Shown here one piece after another: positions 60,020 through 64,000 of a stretch of 64,000 bases of DNA. The position numbers were made by a program, and so were the translations under genes. The notes under the pieces are model-generated. The model searched no databases and had not been told where the DNA came from. It worked only from the letters and a program-made list of their open reading frames with translations. Source of the stretch: Marine Group II euryarchaeote MED-G37 (GTDB lineage Archaea; Thermoplasmatota; Poseidoniia; Poseidoniales; Thalassarchaeaceae); NCBI GenBank assembly GCA_002457555.1, contig NTJQ01000005.1, positions 28,335-92,334 on the forward strand. Direction: 5' to 3'. Each line of letters opens with the position of its first letter. Within the stretch, counting starts at the first letter, position 1.

Positions 60020-62185
60020 TTACTTCAATGCTCCATCTCGAACCTTTACTGCAATACCCTTGTCGAAGAAGGCCATATCATCTGCTGTTGCATTAGCTAC
60101 TCCATGGGCTATCAATTCACCCTTTGCACTAACAACCAAGCATGGTTGGCCGACGATTAGGTGAGGATCGGCGCCAAGAACGAAACCATGGATTACATTA
60201 CGCCCTTTTCCAACAAATGGAATCGCATCATCCATCAACAAAACACGAGGTAGGCCAGGGTGATTTAACTCGCTCGATTTTTCCCCTTGCTGAAATGTGG
60301 ACGGCGGTTTTGGATTCAATTCATGGAGTTTTTTTGCCCCGGCCAAGGTTAGAGAAAGAGCGCCATCTGGTAAACGAGGTGATAGACAATGCACTCCTCC
60401 AAAGTTGACATTAACCATGCGATCAGTACGAGACCGACGCGAGGTCATTTCATTGGATAATTTGCAAACATCTGAAGGTGAAATCCCACATAATAATGAC
60501 AACTTGTCGACGATAGTGCAACGGTCAATCCAGTCACGGATTTTGCTTCGATTTTCGCCGCCTGCCTCTTCCTCAGGATCGGCTTGACAGACATGAATAT
60601 CCAGAGGTAAATCGGCAATCCCAAGGTCTTCCAACCAAGCATCGATTTCAGCTTCATCGAGAACCATATCCCATAGGTCATCTGGACACTGGATATGACA
60701 CCATGGAGAAACATCCTCGAGAGTGAATGGAATTAGACCTACAGGAGTAGAAATTAGAACGATAGAACGGGGTTCTTCTTCCAATGCACTTATTGCAGAA
60801 CCTAATGCAGAATCACGCCACGGCGGCTCTGCTCCTGACAATATTACAACCCGTTCTGCCTTATCATCTGAGCCATCCCACCAAGAGCCAGGGCGACGCC
60901 ACCTCATAGCCAATAAGGCATTCAAATGAAGCAGATGAGGGCGGCTATCTATGTCCTCAGAAAATTGCTCAGCCGAACCCCTAACCGGGTCACTTGAGGC
61001 GATAGTCCTCAGAACACTTTCTGCAACTGGGCCTTCATCACTTTCTTCCAATTGTTCTAGTACCCATTCGAAGGCTTCACGAAGTTTTGCATTAGCATGA
61101 CTTCGCTGTTCAGCCAATTGCCAAATAGTTCCGTTTCTCACTGCCTCCCTACATCTCGCAAGCTCTGCCTGAGTAACCTCAAGATTGTGGTGGGCCAAGA
61201 GAGTTGAACGCTCGTCCTTTTCCATCTCACGAACCTCTTTTGGCGTATAGGGAAATAGGGCTGAGGAAGTATGTGGCCATTCAGTCAAATCACCTAATTT
61301 GACAGTTCCATCTGGAGTTAACAATCTATTGTCTCGCGCAAATAAAGCGTAAGCGGCTGAATCGAATAGGTCGGCGCCCAGAGCAATACACATTGGGAAT
61401 AAAATCGGATGCCCGCATCCAAACATGTGAATTGGTCGATTTGGCGGAATTGTTGACCGAGCGGAAAGAAGGATACGAAATAATTCTAGATACCTTTGTT
61501 TTTCCATTAGAGGCACTATACCTCCAATTGGATGTACTGCAAAGCCTCTATAATCACCTGAAACTTCTCCCATCAAAGCCCCGGCTTGAGCCCTAAGGTC
61601 ATCGTGAAGACCTCCTTGAACAGGCCCATTTAGGAGCGTATCTTCTCCAGCAGTATTCAGTGAAATTAATGCGCGATTTGCTGTTTCCTCAACCGCGTGC
61701 TCAATTTCTTCTCGCGACATATCAGGTCGACCAAATACATCGAGCATGGTACCGATGTCCACTCCGATTTTCTTTTGAAATTCGACTATTTCTTCGACTC
61801 CTACCTCTACATCACCATAGACATAGGATTGGAAAGTTCCAGAATCAGTTACAATTACACCTGGAAAATCGAGCAAGGAGTGTATTCCCTCTTTGAGGGC
61901 TGGTTCACGTAATTTTTCATGTTTCCATGTGACGTAGGAGTTAGTGATTAGACCATTCACTCGATACTTATCCCACATCTCCCTGGGTTCAATAGTACGA
62001 ATATTTGGGTTAATCACAGGAAGTAACATTGGAGTTTCTAAAATTCCGTGTCTTGTGAATAACTTACCTAACCTAGCGGCTCCATCCCTTACAGTAACCT
62101 CGAACTTACCAAGGTCCTGATCGCGACAGGGTTCTGGATCCGGCCGCTTATTCACAACCCTTCTGCGAAGCGCTTTGGTCATCAA
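60020..62185 (-). CDS. tgtA: Archaeosine tRNA-guanine(15) transglycosylase with a PUA domain
   Basis: ETPMLLPVINP, TDSGTFQ, GPVQGG, HMFGCGHP, FDSAAY; C-terminal PUA (GIAVKVR). Confidence 0.93.
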   Translation of the reverse strand: MMTKALRRRVVNKRPDPEPCRDQDLGKFEVTVRDGAARLGKLFTRHGILETPMLLPVINPNIRTIEPREMWDKYRVNGLITNSYVTWKHEKLREPALKEGIHSLLDFPGVIVTDSGTFQSYVYGDVEVGVEEIVEFQKKIGVDIGTMLDVFGRPDMSREEIEHAVEETANRALISLNTAGEDTLLNGPVQGGLHDDLRAQAGALMGEVSGDYRGFAVHPIGGIVPLMEKQRYLELFRILLSARSTIPPNRPIHMFGCGHPILFPMCIALGADLFDSAAYALFARDNRLLTPDGTVKLGDLTEWPHTSSALFPYTPKEVREMEKDERSTLLAHHNLEVTQAELARCREAVRNGTIWQLAEQRSHANAKLREAFEWVLEQLEESDEGPVAESVLRTIASSDPVRGSAEQFSEDIDSRPHLLHLNALLAMRWRRPGSWWDGSDDKAERVVILSGAEPPWRDSALGSAISALEEEPRSIVLISTPVGLIPFTLEDVSPWCHIQCPDDLWDMVLDEAEIDAWLEDLGIADLPLDIHVCQADPEEEAGGENRSKIRDWIDRCTIVDKLSLLCGISPSDVCKLSNEMTSRRSRTDRMVNVNFGGVHCLSPRLPDGALSLTLAGAKKLHELNPKPPSTFQQGEKSSELNHPGLPRVLLMDDAIPFVGKGRNVIHGFVLGADPHLIVGQPCLVVSAKGELIAHGVANATADDMAFFDKGIAVKVRDGALK

Positions 62186-63957
62186 TCCTCGCTCGCTCGA
62201 GTGATAACCGTAAGTTGCACTTGACCATTCTCAAGACTCATTTCAACGGAGTCGCCGTCATTGATTTCTAGAGTAGGGTCTGTGTCAAATCCGTGGGCAT
62301 ACGGAAGTGCCAATAGGCTAGCTGCCGGAAGAGTAAGTGGACAAACGTCTCGATTGATTATTCCCTTCGGACCCTTACCTGTGTAAATCAAACCCATTAG
62401 AACGAAAGGAGCAACCGTAGAGCCGGAACCTTTCGGATAAATTAGGATTGTATCTTCAATCGGAACGCCATCTAGTGGGTGTCCTGGCTCTTCGATTACA
62501 CCAGAATCTCTATTCACGTATCCGAGGTAAGTAATAGGGACATCAGTGACCATTGCTTTACCAGTAATCTTCCAACTAGCTTGACTAGGGAGACCTTTTC
62601 CATAGAGATTTGCAGAGCCAGTTCGATGAATTTTATTCGAGGCAAGAGGCTTTGCCTTCTTTCCATCTAATACTGGACGAGGACCTTCAGAAAGACTGGA
62701 ATCAAATGCGTGGGCAACACATTCTTCAATTGGTGCTACACTTGTTGGTAAACGATTCAGACCACTCTTCAGATAATGTTCTGCCTTCAGAGAATTTGTT
62801 AGAATATGATTGTACTTTGACCGATTGTAAGGAGTTACCTCGGGGCAGGTGTCTTTCAAAACTAAAGCACCGGCTTCTTCTAACAAATCTACAGTACCAT
62901 CGGCTTGCAATAAATCGTAATTATAGCCGCTTGTGAAAACCCAAAGTCGGCTATCGGGTATTTTCTGCCCCAATTCCATTCGTCCTCGAACCGCCGCAGC
63001 AGTTGCTCGCGCTTCTCCAACACTTGCTTGAGGACAACCAATTACTACGAGGTCAACCGTTCCGGTTGGAGCCAACTCAGCATATCTTCCTGCAAGGTCA
63101 TTTTCAGCAAAAATAAGTTCTCCTTCGAATTGAGATACTTCGGGGGCGTCTACAGTTAATCCGTCAGCCCATAGCATAGGGCAGCCGTAATTTGCGGCTG
63201 CTGCTGTCAACGCTTTGCGCATCTCGAAATCCGCATTAGAAGGTAGCCCGACTATACGAGGCATCATCCCCCATGGAAGATTCCATTCTGGCTTTATTTG
63301 CATTCCAATCCAGTCTCCCAATACTGACCAATCTGCAAGATTCTCCATTGAGGCTTCTACCTTCACAAGGATATTTGGGATTCGATTTTTCTCAAGGTGG
63401 AGACCCCACAGTGGAGCCCATCCTGTCAGTGCTGTAGCTAGAGCAGATAGCCCAGATTCACGATTTGTCATCAGTGATGTGTAGGAATTTGAATAACAAA
63501 CAGCATTTGATTCGGCCCAAGAACCGATACCAGATTCCATTTCAATTCCACGATCATAAGGTGTACAGGAAAGAGTGGCATCGATGTCCAATTCAGAGTA
63601 GGCGTGTATAATTTCAAATTGATATTCAAGGAAATTTTCGTAATCTATACCCATTTCTTCAATCTGTTCTCGATCGCAACCCGCTGAATTCAACGTGGTT
63701 GGAATGGATACCGTACCTTCTGAGTCACCAGAGAGGTCAGAAAGGAAGCGTCTCAAACCATGCCCACCGGTAATTACGCTGACACCGGATACGTGAGCAT
63801 GGGCGCATCGTGTGAATTCGGAAGCACCCGCAGATGCGGCCAAATCTACTACCAATCTAGCGGCCTTTTGCTTAGTAGGGCCATGCTCCGCGTCGAGCAT
63901 CGATTGTAGTTCAGGAGGTATCTCCACGCTTATGCCGCGGAAGCGACACTCCTTCAA
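62182..63957 (-). CDS. Aconitase X, catalytic domain fused to a C-terminal swivel domain (possible phosphomevalonate dehydratase)
   Basis: AHVSGVS, SCTPY, WAESNA, TNRE, IGCPQ, DTCP, TNS.K; then ITYLGYV...G...HPL.G, GSGSTV; start may be GTG 63927. Confidence 0.85.
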   Translation of the reverse strand: MKECRFRGISVEIPPELQSMLDAEHGPTKQKAARLVVDLAASAGASEFTRCAHAHVSGVSVITGGHGLRRFLSDLSGDSEGTVSIPTTLNSAGCDREQIEEMGIDYENFLEYQFEIIHAYSELDIDATLSCTPYDRGIEMESGIGSWAESNAVCYSNSYTSLMTNRESGLSALATALTGWAPLWGLHLEKNRIPNILVKVEASMENLADWSVLGDWIGMQIKPEWNLPWGMMPRIVGLPSNADFEMRKALTAAAANYGCPMLWADGLTVDAPEVSQFEGELIFAENDLAGRYAELAPTGTVDLVVIGCPQASVGEARATAAAVRGRMELGQKIPDSRLWVFTSGYNYDLLQADGTVDLLEEAGALVLKDTCPEVTPYNRSKYNHILTNSLKAEHYLKSGLNRLPTSVAPIEECVAHAFDSSLSEGPRPVLDGKKAKPLASNKIHRTGSANLYGKGLPSQASWKITGKAMVTDVPITYLGYVNRDSGVIEEPGHPLDGVPIEDTILIYPKGSGSTVAPFVLMGLIYTGKGPKGIINRDVCPLTLPAASLLALPYAHGFDTDPTLEINDGDSVEMSLENGQVQLTVITRASED

Positions 63958-64000
63958 TTCGTTGGAATCAATTATTGCAAGTTGTCGAGATTATGCCACT

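Noticed and set aside
1-64000. CRISPR arrays, IS elements, rRNA, and the many short antisense ORFs in the track
   Set aside because: No periodic repeats, transposase motifs or rRNA sequence were seen; the short ORFs are shadows of well-supported genes

Overview
A densely packed archaeal chromosomal segment, most consistent with Marine Group II (Ca. Poseidoniales, Thermoplasmatota). This placement is an inference from archaeal-type TpiA, arcTGT, CTP-dependent riboflavin kinase, ABCE1, DRG GTPase, a PriS-like primase and a PGF-CTERM protein, together with a proteolytic/lipolytic heterotroph gene set (membrane-anchored S8 peptidase, Opp/Dpp peptide ABC system, lipases). It holds about 50 CDS and three intronless tRNAs with encoded CCA (Trp-CCA, Ala-GGC, Arg-TCT). 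A 35-aa eL41-like gene was missed by the ORF track. No CRISPR array, integrase or transposase was seen. The most unusual items are: (1) a peptide ABC importer whose ATPase OppD and permease OppC both carry extra membrane-spanning insertions; (2) ABCE1 with a degenerate Fe-S cysteine motif and arcTGT with no Zn-binding cysteines; (3) a circularly permuted glycerophosphodiester phosphodiesterase; (4) an HpnE-like oxidoreductase plus two distinct squalene/phytoene synthases; (5) a candidate structured RNA directly after the UGA of a PriS-like gene that is in frame with the next gene; (6) a fused large-then-small aconitase X; (7) a type II glutamine synthetase converging on a D-amino acid oxidase. 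All calls come from motif reading by eye; no database searches were run.
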